Part shown: in pieces, positions 33,984 through 44,050 of the stretch
How positions within the stretch are numbered: the stretch's first letter is position 1
Layout: each line of letters begins with the position of its first letter
Source: a virus
Lineage: Duplodnaviria > Caudoviricetes
Length of the DNA stretch: 64,000 nt
Virus record (IMG/VR): IMGVR_UViG_3300027851_000023
Location: 1,331 to 65,330 of that record
Reading direction: 5' to 3' (one strand)
The notes under the pieces: generated by a model
Database searches by the model: none
What the model saw: the letters and a program-made list of their open reading frames with translations, nothing else
Told to the model about the DNA's origin: nothing
Position numbers and translations under genes: made by a program

Positions 33984-36080
33984 CTATGGTGTGACTGTGA
34001 GGTTGCCGGTGAAGGTGCCCAGGACAGCCGTGTCGCCGGCAAGGGTTGAGGCTGTGCCGATATTGCCGGTGAGTGCCCCGGTGGCAGCGATACCACCCGC
34101 CAGTTCGGCGCGGACGTCCATCGACCCGCTGGTGCTGCTCGAGCCCGCGATCGATCCTGCCAGGGCCGTTGCGACCTTGAGATCGGCAGTCAGGGTGGCC
34201 GATCCGGCAAGCGCGCCGGAAAGTTCCTGGTTGATCACCAGATTGGTGATTGAAATCTCGTGGGCCTGAATGGACTCGAAACCGTCCCGCTCGGCCTTCA
34301 CACGAACGCGACCGGCGCTTTCGCCTTCGAAGGCGGCGAGGGACAGGCTGTAGGATGTGCCGACCAGTCCGGCGATCGTGTTCAACACCGTGCCCGACCC
34401 GTCCATGACCTCGATCGTCGTGGTCTGGCCAGATTCGGGGGACACAGACGCGTTGTTCCATGCGAGGATCTGACTGGTCTCCTGGAGCCGGTTGCGATTG
34501 GCCCAGGTGACGTTCAGCGACGACAGGCCCGATGCATCCAGCGAGCCGAAGCCGACATCATTGACCTTCACATTGGCCGGTCGGTTGGGCAGATGCGGGC
34601 GAGCGGACAGGGTCGGTGTGACCGGATCGGCGTCGTCGAACGCCAGCAGCCCGCGCGACGTTCGGGTCAGCAGTCGATAGTCGGGCGTCTCGCCTTCTGC
34701 TCTGAGCGTGGTATCGGCGATCAACAGGTCTTCGGGCACGGACCAGACTCGCGTACCTGTGGTCCAGGCCCGCGGAACGGTATCGAGCACGCCGCGCGTC
34801 AGCACCCAACCGGCTTCCGTCACTTCCTTGACCAGGGCGATCTCGACATCCTCGTCACCACCGTCGCCCAGCAGCACGAAGGTGCCTGTCAACGGGCTAC
34901 CGCCCGTGGCATCGTTGAACGATGTGATGGTCGTTTCGACCTCGGCCGGTACGTCTGCGGCCAGGGTCGCCCCGCCGACGAAATGCCGCGCACCGAAACT
35001 GGTATAGACCAGGTCACCGGTTGTCAGCGCGGTCTGCCCGATCAGTTCGAAATCCAGATCATCCTGGCTATCAGGGGCCGCGAAGACAACGCTGATGACC
35101 TCGGGGTAGATCAGGTCGGACGGACTGGTCAGAGCGAGCGCAGACGCCGCGATGAAGGCAGGCGCGGTCAGGATCATCTGATAGTCGAGTGGGGCCGGGT
35201 CTTCGCTCGGGTCCACCCATGACGTCGCAGGTGGCGCAAGATACTGGGCGCGGGCCAGGCTGAAGATGTCCTCATACAGCGTGGTCTTGATCAGGCCCGC
35301 ACCGGGTCTGCCGTAGTTGATCACGCCAACCCGGACCACGAGTTCGGCGATGTTCTTTTCGGGCCAACTCAGTTTGACGACCTCGCCGGGAATCAAGTCC
35401 CAGGCCGTGCGGTCGATTTCGACGTCGGACGTCGCGAGCGGCATTGAGGCTGCACGCAAGTCCCGCTCGGCCACACGAGCGGCCAGTTCCTTGTTGCGGA
35501 TCGCATAATAGTTGCGCCCATTGGAGATGACGCCGCCCTGCATGGAGATGTTGGCGAGATCCTGCGCCCCGACCGTTTCCTCACCCTCGTTGATCGGGTT
35601 GGTGAAGGTGACGATCAGTTCGTTCGATGTCTCGCCCCAGAGTTTGCGCTGGAAGTTCGTCAGTCGGGCGTTGCTGGGGGTGATCACACGCAGCGAGTCA
35701 TAGTCGAAATCGTCGCGCAGCAACTTCAGCGTCATCAGGCCGGTGCGCGGATCGACGAACAAGGTGGCGTGGATATGGTCGATGATCTCGGTGACGAACG
35801 CCTCGATCGTCGTCGATCGCGTCCATTGCAGCGAGAGACCGAACGCCTCGTCGTAGAGGGTCTGGGCACAGACCTCGAAACTGCTGATATTGAAGATGCC
35901 GAAACTGGCACCCATTCCCCAGTCGCGGTTGGTCATGCACTCAAAGATGATGTGCGCAGGATTGGCGTCCGGCCCGATCATGGCAATCGCAGGGTTGAGC
36001 CCCTTCGGCGCACGACGGGCCCGGACCCAGATCGACCTGAGATAGGGGTTGTTCGCGCCCCAATAGAAACCGGCGGCCAT
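33984..36080 (-). CDS. Tail tip / central tail protein, C-terminal part
   Basis: NNPYL, ANPAHIIFECMTNRDWGMG, LLRDD, GEVVKLSWP, RGVLDTVP, Gly/Ala/Thr repeat tail. Confidence 0.8.
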   Translation of the reverse strand: MAAGFYWGANNPYLRSIWVRARRAPKGLNPAIAMIGPDANPAHIIFECMTNRDWGMGASFGIFNISSFEVCAQTLYDEAFGLSLQWTRSTTIEAFVTEIIDHIHATLFVDPRTGLMTLKLLRDDFDYDSLRVITPSNARLTNFQRKLWGETSNELIVTFTNPINEGEETVGAQDLANISMQGGVISNGRNYYAIRNKELAARVAERDLRAASMPLATSDVEIDRTAWDLIPGEVVKLSWPEKNIAELVVRVGVINYGRPGAGLIKTTLYEDIFSLARAQYLAPPATSWVDPSEDPAPLDYQMILTAPAFIAASALALTSPSDLIYPEVISVVFAAPDSQDDLDFELIGQTALTTGDLVYTSFGARHFVGGATLAADVPAEVETTITSFNDATGGSPLTGTFVLLGDGGDEDVEIALVKEVTEAGWVLTRGVLDTVPRAWTTGTRVWSVPEDLLIADTTLRAEGETPDYRLLTRTSRGLLAFDDADPVTPTLSARPHLPNRPANVKVNDVGFGSLDASGLSSLNVTWANRNRLQETSQILAWNNASVSPESGQTTTIEVMDGSGTVLNTIAGLVGTSYSLSLAAFEGESAGRVRVKAERDGFESIQAHEISITNLVINQELSGALAGSATLTADLKVATALAGSIAGSSSTSGSMDVRAELAGGIAATGALTGNIGTASTLAGDTAVLGTFTGNLTVTP

Positions 36081-36541
36081 CAGAGCGGCTCCAGAGTTCG
36101 GATGTCACCACCAGGTGGAGTCCAGCCTTCGCTTGAACCGCCTCCCGAACCGCCTCCGCTTCCGTTGCCGCCTCCCGGCACGGGCTCCCAGGCAGAGTCA
36201 TTTACGAACGACCCTACAAAGAACAGGGACGTCAGGCCGCGAAAACCAGGTGCGGTGTTGCGGGTCAAGCCCCAGCGTGCGGCCAGGGCGTCAGGGGTCG
36301 TCTGAAGCGGGCCGCCGAGCAGCAGATAGGCAATCCCCTTGACGCCGCCTTCCTTCTTGATGCCGCCGAACAGGGTCGGCGCATTGACGATGATCGGTCC
36401 CTCGGCCGAGGCAGTGCCCGACCAGGCCGTCTTCTCGCCGATCTGGATTTCCAGGATCTCGTCGACCTCCGAACAGACGCCGATGTGCATCGACATGGTG
36501 TATTCGACGACGCGCTGCTTCCCGCCTGAAGACTTACCCAT
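36080..36541 (-). CDS. Tail tip protein, N-terminal part
   Basis: Y.MSMHIGVC, LFGG.KKEGGV.G, PGFRGL; TGATG-coupled to the next ORF. Confidence 0.75.
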   Translation of the reverse strand: MGKSSGGKQRVVEYTMSMHIGVCSEVDEILEIQIGEKTAWSGTASAEGPIIVNAPTLFGGIKKEGGVKGIAYLLLGGPLQTTPDALAARWGLTRNTAPGFRGLTSLFFVGSFVNDSAWEPVPGGGNGSGGGSGGGSSEGWTPPGGDIRTLEPL

Positions 36542-36752
36542 TTTCGCGCGCCATCTTGCGGTCGATCACCTGAACGGCCAGTCCGTTGTCGGGCACGGCC
36601 AGAAGGACTGATGCAGGAAGACCGCCGCCTTTTTCCACGGGTTTCAGGAAGGTGCGGAAGTCGAGACTGTTCTGTTCGAACCAGTCGCGACAGCCAGCCA
36701 CGCAATGTCCCGCCAGTCGCACGTCGTTGATGGTCACAATGATGTCGGCCAT
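36534..36752 (-). CDS. Small tail assembly protein
   Basis: HCVAGCRDWF...LDFRTFL motif of Chi-like small tail genes. Confidence 0.7.
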   Translation of the reverse strand: MADIIVTINDVRLAGHCVAGCRDWFEQNSLDFRTFLKPVEKGGGLPASVLLAVPDNGLAVQVIDRKMARENG

Positions 36753-36991
36753 CAGGCGTTGACCTCGTAGACATTGGTGCCCTTCTCGCCGAACCAACAG
36801 ATGTTCGGGTCTTTGATGAGCACTGTCCCGAAGATCACGGGGAAAGGTTTGCCTGCGCTGACGGTGGGGCTTTCGAGTTGCGTCACCGCTTCAGGCTTCG
36901 GCCCCTTGGGCTTGGGCATCAGGACGTAGGCGACGACGTTGATGACGACCGCGATGGCGACCTGGATCAACAGGCTGATGGGGTCGAACAT
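36752..36991 (-). CDS. Small tail assembly protein
   Basis: N-terminal TM, PT..AGKPFPVIFGT...PN..W.G. Confidence 0.75.
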   Translation of the reverse strand: MFDPISLLIQVAIAVVINVVAYVLMPKPKGPKPEAVTQLESPTVSAGKPFPVIFGTVLIKDPNICWFGEKGTNVYEVNA

Positions 36992-37035
36992 TTTGGTCGC
37001 CTCCCTCGGCCGAGATTTTCACGCAGAACGTGACT

Positions 37036-39555
37036 TTAGTAGAAAGGATTGTACGCGCCAACCGGATTCGTCAGCGGGATAAACGGCTGACCACCGAAGT
37101 TGTGAATGTTGTCGTGCAGGTCGGAACAGTCGCCCATGGTCCGATTGCATCCGAGGATGACCTGAATCGTGTCATCCACCGCGATGCCTCGCAGGATGCC
37201 GGCGATGAGCAGCGTATTCCCGTCTTCGACCCGCAGTATGGTGCGCAGTTCGGCCGCGCCGTTCGGTTGCTGCCATCCGATCATTCCGCCGGCATATTTC
37301 GATACCTCAAGGTCGCCCTCCCACCCGTCGGGCAGGGTGATGCGCTGCCCGACGATGGACGACACGACCACGTCGGTCGTCGCCGCCTTGCGGTTGGCGC
37401 GGCACTGACTTCCGTAGAGGATGTGCGGGCAGGAAAGCTGGTAGTTCCGGCGCAGGCCGGGGCGCTTGATCGCCGTTGAGACGGGCTCGCAGGTGAACTC
37501 GGTCTCGGCGGGAGGATGCGCGCAGCCGAGCACGCGACCTGTCCAGATGACCGGCCAGTCTGCCAGTCGGGACGTTGCCTCGCCGACGTGGCCCTGGCGG
37601 ATGATCAGGTTGACCACCTGGGCAGGCGGATAGGCGAGAAACTGATCACCGAGCGGCATTCCCTGCTGCATCGTGACCTTGAGCATCGCCTTGTCTAGCG
37701 ACCCGCTCGCGCTGATCCCGTCGCGCTTTACGGCAACAGGTTGATAGGTGACGCCGTCAAAGGTGATCGGTGTTTCGGCATCGGTGTAGGCGTACGGCCC
37801 GAACTCGCCACTATCGAAGTCCCGGCCGGCGTATATCCGCCCGTTGATCCAGTGACCGAGTCCATAGTTGGGTGCGTCGCCCCAGTAGTCATCGCGTTGC
37901 GGGAAGGCGGGATAGGGCCGGCCATCCCAGGTCCAGACGCTCGCGGTCTTCCACTCGATCATCTCGGCATCGTAGACGTCGCTGATCGGGTTGTTGCCGC
38001 CCGACGGCCGCCAGTAGTGCAGCCATGCCTCGAGATAGGCGCGCTGCATGGCGTCGTCGCGAATGCCCGAAGAGAAATAGGGGAGGGCGGACTCGTCCGA
38101 CTTCTCGTCAACGAAGACGTTCGGCTGGTTCGCGCCCTTGTTGACCGCCGCACAGCCGATCTCGGTGAAGACGATCGGCTTGGATTCCGGGGCCCAGGCG
38201 GTCGCGCTGCCGCTGCGCACACCACCGGGCCGATTGTGATGATCGTTCGACCACCAGCCGCGCATATCCTTGTTGCGGAAGACCCAGTGTTCCTCGGCGT
38301 CGTCACCGTCCACGATCAGCGAGCGCACCTGATCGTCCCGGTCATCCTGGTCCGCATAGAACCAGTCGAAATACTCGCCGCCTTCAATGTTGGACTGCAG
38401 GTAGCGACGATCATGCGCGGACAAGTGACCCGCCTGCCGATCCAGATGGTCCTGGGTATCGCGCCAGTCGGAGACCGGCAGATAGTTGTCGATGCCCACG
38501 AAGTCGATGTCGCTCGACGCCCACAGCGGGTCCAGGTGGAAGAAGACGTCACCCGAACCGTCAGCGGGACGGTAGGAGTGATATTCGGACCAGTCGGCGG
38601 CATAGGAGATACGCGGGCCGACGCCCAGTTTCGACCGAACGTCGGCGGCCAGGGTGACCATCTTGGCGACCGCCGGGAAGGTCGTCGCATCGGAACGAAT
38701 GGTCGTCAGTCCCACCATTTCCGAACCGATCAGGAAATCATCAACTTCGGCGGCTTCGGCGATCGTCGCCATGTGCAGGATGAAGCGACGGAACGACCAT
38801 TCGGCGGGCCCGCTGTAGGTGACGATCTTGTTCGTGGCGTCCCAGCCGAAGTCACCATGAGCGGCAGCGCCGAAGAAGGCGTTGACCTGCGTGGCTGCCG
38901 CAGCCGTCTTGTCGACCGTGCCGACCTCACCCGGTGCCGGCGTGCAGGTGATCCGTCCGCGCCAAGGATAGGCAGGCTGACCGGTGCCGCCATAGGGGTT
39001 TGGCAGGCTGTTGCTGTCGGCGATATCCATCAGCACGAACGGATAGAGCGTCACCCGAAGGCCGCGGGCCTTGATGGCGATCAGGGCCTCATATATCGAG
39101 CGATCGGCTGGCGCACCACCGACAGCAGGCTTGCCTGCGATCTGACTGACCACCTGCGCGGTCCCGCGCGTGGTCGGCCCAACCTGCCAGGAATAGGGTG
39201 ACGTGGCGGCCGTGGGAGTTTCGACCTTGGGCCGGATCTCGCAACTGCCGCAACGCAGGTCCGTCCCGTGCCATGCGACAACCAGGCTGACGTGATCCAC
39301 GTCGGTCGCAGCTGCGGTCAGATCGTTCAGGGAGGCTTCGAAGTCTGTGACAGGCAGATTGGCCAGATGGTTCGCCGCCGCGCCATCCTTGGTGACCTTG
39401 GTCGTCCCGTAGCCGAACTCGGTCGCGCCGGGAATGATCGTGACCGAGCGCAGCATGGATTCCAGAGTCGGGTCAGCACCTTTGAACAGATAGAGTTCGA
39501 CCGGCTCGCCGAGAGAGCGACTGGTTTCGCGGGCGGTGAAGGTCACGCCGTCCAT
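37036..39555 (-). CDS. Baseplate hub (DUF2163/BR0599-like) with an inserted GTA-type TIM-barrel domain
   Basis: N-term E.S...GEPVELYLF; TIM motifs YPWRGRI, IGSEMVGLT, YAADWSEY, FFHLDPLW, GIDNYLP, GANQPNVF; C-term CPHILYG..C and GCNRT..C...N..NFGG.P.IP. Confidence 0.85.
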   Translation of the reverse strand: MDGVTFTARETSRSLGEPVELYLFKGADPTLESMLRSVTIIPGATEFGYGTTKVTKDGAAANHLANLPVTDFEASLNDLTAAATDVDHVSLVVAWHGTDLRCGSCEIRPKVETPTAATSPYSWQVGPTTRGTAQVVSQIAGKPAVGGAPADRSIYEALIAIKARGLRVTLYPFVLMDIADSNSLPNPYGGTGQPAYPWRGRITCTPAPGEVGTVDKTAAAATQVNAFFGAAAHGDFGWDATNKIVTYSGPAEWSFRRFILHMATIAEAAEVDDFLIGSEMVGLTTIRSDATTFPAVAKMVTLAADVRSKLGVGPRISYAADWSEYHSYRPADGSGDVFFHLDPLWASSDIDFVGIDNYLPVSDWRDTQDHLDRQAGHLSAHDRRYLQSNIEGGEYFDWFYADQDDRDDQVRSLIVDGDDAEEHWVFRNKDMRGWWSNDHHNRPGGVRSGSATAWAPESKPIVFTEIGCAAVNKGANQPNVFVDEKSDESALPYFSSGIRDDAMQRAYLEAWLHYWRPSGGNNPISDVYDAEMIEWKTASVWTWDGRPYPAFPQRDDYWGDAPNYGLGHWINGRIYAGRDFDSGEFGPYAYTDAETPITFDGVTYQPVAVKRDGISASGSLDKAMLKVTMQQGMPLGDQFLAYPPAQVVNLIIRQGHVGEATSRLADWPVIWTGRVLGCAHPPAETEFTCEPVSTAIKRPGLRRNYQLSCPHILYGSQCRANRKAATTDVVVSSIVGQRITLPDGWEGDLEVSKYAGGMIGWQQPNGAAELRTILRVEDGNTLLIAGILRGIAVDDTIQVILGCNRTMGDCSDLHDNIHNFGGQPFIPLTNPVGAYNPFY

Positions 39556-42500
39556 CCCACCGTCGCCGTGTCGTCGACGATCTCCGCGCCAGTGCCGAAG
39601 ACGTACTCCGACCCGCCGACGGAGATGACGCGCTTCTTGCGGACCTTGGCCGGTTCGGCCGCCAGGGTGCGTCCCCCAGCGGGCGTGATGATCGTGTGGT
39701 CCTGGACGAACAGGCTCGGCACGCCGCTCGTGTTTGCGCCCTTGACGCCGTAGGGCGTCGCAGCACCGTCCGCGTTCGCCTCGCTGACGCCGCCAGCGAG
39801 CCAGCGCCGGCTGTCCTCGATGTCGGTGATGACCTCACCGTTCTTGCTGAACCTATAGTCCGGGTTGATGGTCCCGACCTTGGCGTGACCGTGGGCGGTG
39901 CTGATCTGGCGAGAGCTTCCCACCCCATAGACGCCTGCGTTTCTGCCGATGCACTCGATCTCCAGAGCGCCCTGGGGCTCCGCGCCCGAACCCCGGACGT
40001 GCCAGTTGAACACGTCCTTGCCCGCCCCGACGCCGACGCACTTCGTCAGTGCGGCCAGCTTGGAGCCCCTAGCCGCGAAGCAGTCCATATCGGGGTAGGT
40101 CGCCGGGTTGCCGGGGTAGTACGCACCCATGCCGTACAGAGAGATGGTGCGATCGTAGGCCACGGCGTCGAAGTCGAGGACCGCCGAGGTATTGAGGCTA
40201 CCGTCTCCGTTCGGCAGTCCCCCGTACATCTTGAAGTCCTCCATGTAGATGTCGGTGACGCAGGCGTTCATGTTGGCGGCGACGTAGTTCCTGGTGACGA
40301 ACGTCGTCTCGTTGTTCGGCATGACTCCGTCGATTGGGTGGTAGTAGTTCCTGGTGTCGCCGTCGCCAGCGGCGATGTTCGTGCACCACGATCCGGGCGT
40401 GGCCTGCACCGAGGCCATGTCACCGTCCGGGAACTGGGTTGCTCGGAACTCCACATAGTCGTCGACGATGTGGGTCGCGATGATGTTGTGGACCGCGTTT
40501 CGGTTGAAGCGGACGCACGCGGTGTACGTCGCGTCGAACGACGCGGGCCACGTCGTCGACTGCCCGGCGATGTGCTTGATGGGCACCCCGTCGTCACAGA
40601 CGAAGGCCATCGGCTTCAGCGGGGCGACGCCCAGGGAGCCACTGAGGCTGTCGGCGTAGTGGTACTGGCCCCCGGCACCGCGACCCCGGACGACCGCTCC
40701 GGCCTCGGCGTGGGCGTTGGCGACCTGCACCGCCGCCCATATCGAGCGCTTCGCAGACGCCGCTGAGAGCCCGCTGTTGGCGTTGGAGCCCGCGGGGCTG
40801 TAGAAGACCTCGACCCCGTTCCATGCCACGTCGGAGATCAGGGCGCGGGCGGCCGACCGATCGAACAGCGTCTCGATCTTGCCGGACTGGTTTCTGAAGA
40901 CGTAGGGCACGGCGTGCTCCCAGGCCATTCCCGGCGGGAACGTCTGTACCGTCCCAGCGATCGCGCGCTGCGTCTTGGCCTGCCCGACCTCCAAGTCGGT
41001 CAGGCGGGTGTTTGGGACGACCAGAGCAGCCTCGATCAGTTCCTCTGTCGTGAACTGGGGCGGGGGCAGGCGGAACGCCGCGTTGGAGCCCGGCGCGATA
41101 AGCAAGTTGCGAACATAGACCTTGCGCCCGGAGGCCCCCGTGATCGTGACCTCCATCTCGACCTGCTCGGTGCCAGACGCCATGAGCCTACCTGCGTCTT
41201 GAAACTGGCGAGGGTCGTCTGGGGTCAGGGTCTCGCCCGCGTTCAGGAGGGGCAGACTGTAGCGGATGGTTGCGTCTAGTTCCGACCCGGCGAGGTTGCG
41301 CTGATAGATGCTCGCGCCGACCGTTCCGGCAGCGTCATAGTCGGCTTGTACCAACTCGAATGCGGTGGAGACGTAGTCAGGATCACCAAGACTGCTCAGA
41401 GTTTTTGCGCTGCTGGCGCGGGCCGTCCCGCTCGTGTTCTTCGTGATTACCCAGCTGGCCGAGCCCGTACTATCAACACCTGCCGCAACGGTACATCCCA
41501 CCAGCGACGTAAAGGGGCTCACAGTAAAGTCATGAGCCGACTTGGGGATAGCATTCGGTTCACGGTCGATCAGGGCTACTGCCCCCTCGACCTGTCGTGT
41601 CTGCTGCCTCATCTCCTCGTGGGCCGCCCGCGTCATTTCGACTATGGCCATCAGAGTGTTCAGCAGAGCCGCGACCTCTGGCGTCGTATCAGAGACGCGA
41701 CCTGCTATGGCGACGCATACGATCTGCGTATCTGAGACACCATTACTATCTAACTGCCAAGCAGTCGCAGACAGAGTTGCATGATTATTGACTAACTCCA
41801 CCCGATTAATCTGACGGTTCCTTGTGATGGCAAGGGGCGTAGTAGTCACCACGCCCGTTCCGGGCCTGAGCAGGGACAGCCTGGCCCCTGCGCCGTTACC
41901 GGCCCCGAGGTAGAAGACGGTGAGGTACTTACCAGCGGGCACTGGGGCAGCCAGAGGTTTTGAAACAGACGAAAACGCGATCGAAGTCTCGACGACGTTG
42001 AGCCCGATCAGCCCGTTCTGCGTGGCGGTATTGTAGCCGACGTTGGTGAGGGTGCCGGTGAAGCCCACGTTGGCGAACCTCGAGGCCCCGAGAGTGGTCT
42101 GCAGGCTGACGTCGGGGACAAGCAGAGGGGTCGACGACCCGTCGTTCTGGTACGACTGCAGCGTGAACCCGTCGGCAGAGAGGGCGAGGTACTGACCCGC
42201 AGTGGGCACCCTGGGGGCGACTACGGCGGTGAGGGTCGTCCCGGCTGGCAGGGTCGCCCCTGCCGGCTTGGCCCAGGTGGGGGGCGTGGTGCCGGACCCG
42301 AGGCCAGGGTTGACGACCTGGATCGATGCGGCAGTCGCGGAGGAGACGACGAGGTTGGCCTGGACGCCTGTGATGCTGCCGCCGCTGGGGGTCAAGGCGT
42401 AGACGCCAGGCGTGGCACCAGTGACCGCGGTGCCCCCAACGGTGCCGCTCATGACGCCCCTGGGCAGCGCTGTTCGGTAAGCACTTGGATACAGGGTGTC

Positions 42501-42746
42501 GAATCCTGGCGTCGCCATGATTTCGCGCACATGGTCTGCGGCCGTAGTGTCCAGTTCTTCGATTTTCTCGGCCAGTGCGGCCTCGGCTTCCGCGACGACG
42601 CGGGGCACGGACTTCACGAGCCCGTCGTCGGTCTCGATTTCTGAGCCGGGCCCACTGGCCGGGCCGTTCACAATCCCATCGAGCCGATCAAGGTTCGTGG
42701 GCAGTTTTTCGATCTTGGCAGCGAGTTCGGCCGGCGTCGTCATCAT
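39543..42746 (-). CDS. Tail fibre / receptor-binding protein
   Basis: About 1067 aa; N-terminal ETDDGLVKSVPR anchor-like segment; beta-helix-like C-terminus after GSNANSGLSAASAKRSI. Confidence 0.7.
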   Translation of the reverse strand: MMTTPAELAAKIEKLPTNLDRLDGIVNGPASGPGSEIETDDGLVKSVPRVVAEAEAALAEKIEELDTTAADHVREIMATPGFDTLYPSAYRTALPRGVMSGTVGGTAVTGATPGVYALTPSGGSITGVQANLVVSSATAASIQVVNPGLGSGTTPPTWAKPAGATLPAGTTLTAVVAPRVPTAGQYLALSADGFTLQSYQNDGSSTPLLVPDVSLQTTLGASRFANVGFTGTLTNVGYNTATQNGLIGLNVVETSIAFSSVSKPLAAPVPAGKYLTVFYLGAGNGAGARLSLLRPGTGVVTTTPLAITRNRQINRVELVNNHATLSATAWQLDSNGVSDTQIVCVAIAGRVSDTTPEVAALLNTLMAIVEMTRAAHEEMRQQTRQVEGAVALIDREPNAIPKSAHDFTVSPFTSLVGCTVAAGVDSTGSASWVITKNTSGTARASSAKTLSSLGDPDYVSTAFELVQADYDAAGTVGASIYQRNLAGSELDATIRYSLPLLNAGETLTPDDPRQFQDAGRLMASGTEQVEMEVTITGASGRKVYVRNLLIAPGSNAAFRLPPPQFTTEELIEAALVVPNTRLTDLEVGQAKTQRAIAGTVQTFPPGMAWEHAVPYVFRNQSGKIETLFDRSAARALISDVAWNGVEVFYSPAGSNANSGLSAASAKRSIWAAVQVANAHAEAGAVVRGRGAGGQYHYADSLSGSLGVAPLKPMAFVCDDGVPIKHIAGQSTTWPASFDATYTACVRFNRNAVHNIIATHIVDDYVEFRATQFPDGDMASVQATPGSWCTNIAAGDGDTRNYYHPIDGVMPNNETTFVTRNYVAANMNACVTDIYMEDFKMYGGLPNGDGSLNTSAVLDFDAVAYDRTISLYGMGAYYPGNPATYPDMDCFAARGSKLAALTKCVGVGAGKDVFNWHVRGSGAEPQGALEIECIGRNAGVYGVGSSRQISTAHGHAKVGTINPDYRFSKNGEVITDIEDSRRWLAGGVSEANADGAATPYGVKGANTSGVPSLFVQDHTIITPAGGRTLAAEPAKVRKKRVISVGGSEYVFGTGAEIVDDTATVGWTA

Positions 42747-44050
42747 ATCCCCGCAATGTCTGGATACCGGACATTCACCGCCCATTCGAGCGGATCACAT
42801 AGCACATATTCCGTGAAATATTCCCCGTAAGTTGAAAGCATATATGCGCTGAGTGCGTCAAGTTCGCTCGCACCACCTTCATCCGCTGAAGCAGGCAGAG
42901 TCTTGAAGCCCAGGGTCGTCTGCGCCACCTGGTCGGTGATCCATTCGATCGTCAGACTGTCCGAGGCAAACCGGCAAACCGGCATCCACGAGATCGTCAC
43001 GACCTCCTGCGGATCAAGGTCGAACGCCCAAGGCGTGCTGAGCGTGACGACGCTGTCGCCGCCTGACAGGGCGATGGACTCGATGGAGCGAGGGAAGTAG
43101 CGGCCGATCTTGGTGGTGATCAGGATCGTGCGATGGACCGGGTCGTCGGCGTAGGCGGCGAAGACCTCGCTGCCTGCAATCGTGATGGTCGACGTCCCGA
43201 CTTCCGCGCGCTCCTTGAGCGGCAGGTCGTCCTCCCAAGAGGGTAGGTGGAACTCGCCCCGCTGACCCTTCATCCGCGCGAAGAACTGGCGGACGTATTG
43301 CACATCGTCTGCCGAGCGATTCAGATAGGCCGCCTGGAAGACACGCGTGCCGAAGTCCACCGGGAGAAAGCGAGCGACCCGGCCCCGACCATAGTCCACC
43401 GTTTCGACGTCATGCTGAAACTGCGCGGTCGCCGGTCGCGCCCAGTTCGGTCGCGCCATGAAAATCTCACGGCCTTCGTACCAGTTGACATAATCGATCT
43501 CGCCTTCATCGACCGCCTCGGTGGCAGGAGCCACGTCGAAATCGACATCGACGGTTCCGATCATTCCCGTTCGCATGGACGCCTGGACCGAGTCGGACAT
43601 CCAGCCTTCGACAAGAGGGGAGAGCAGGGCCCCGGACGCCATGGCCAGATCGGCAGCGCTCGTGAACTGCACCACGTCGCCGACCACCGTATCCACTTCG
43701 AACTCGCGAACGCGACGGCGACTGGCAAGACCCACAGCCGCACCAGGCACCAGCCATTCGGGCACAGATCGAACCGTGATGCTGTTGCCGCCCGACGGCA
43801 GGGCCGTCGTTGAGCGGACGCCGCGGGTGACCTCGGGCATCTTCGTTGCGAGCGGCGAGCCTGCCAGAAACGCGCTCAGGGTCCGCATCCGATCATGGTC
43901 GGCCAGGGCTGAGAAACTGAACGAGCGACGGGGTGTCGTCCGAAGTGCGCGACGCTGCTCTGTCCCGTCGCGGCTGACCAGAACCTCCGTCTTGAAGGCG
44001 AGCGACTCCTTGACCGCGCTCGACCAGTTGGGAACCAGGGGCCACATCAT
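42743..44050 (-). CDS. Distal tail-like protein
   Basis: PNW...V.E.L.FKT.V..SRDGTEQRRALR..PRR; follows the tape measure gene. Confidence 0.75.
   Translation of the reverse strand: MMWPLVPNWSSAVKESLAFKTEVLVSRDGTEQRRALRTTPRRSFSFSALADHDRMRTLSAFLAGSPLATKMPEVTRGVRSTTALPSGGNSITVRSVPEWLVPGAAVGLASRRRVREFEVDTVVGDVVQFTSAADLAMASGALLSPLVEGWMSDSVQASMRTGMIGTVDVDFDVAPATEAVDEGEIDYVNWYEGREIFMARPNWARPATAQFQHDVETVDYGRGRVARFLPVDFGTRVFQAAYLNRSADDVQYVRQFFARMKGQRGEFHLPSWEDDLPLKERAEVGTSTITIAGSEVFAAYADDPVHRTILITTKIGRYFPRSIESIALSGGDSVVTLSTPWAFDLDPQEVVTISWMPVCRFASDSLTIEWITDQVAQTTLGFKTLPASADEGGASELDALSAYMLSTYGEYFTEYVLCDPLEWAVNVRYPDIAGI

Noticed and set aside
37036-39555. Region as a gene transfer agent
   Set aside because: Only one GTA-like domain; the head genes are lambda-type and the genome has its own replication, integrase and cos candidate.
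39543-42746. Diversity-generating retroelement or invertible tail-fibre switch
   Set aside because: No reverse transcriptase, invertase or template/variable repeat pair seen.
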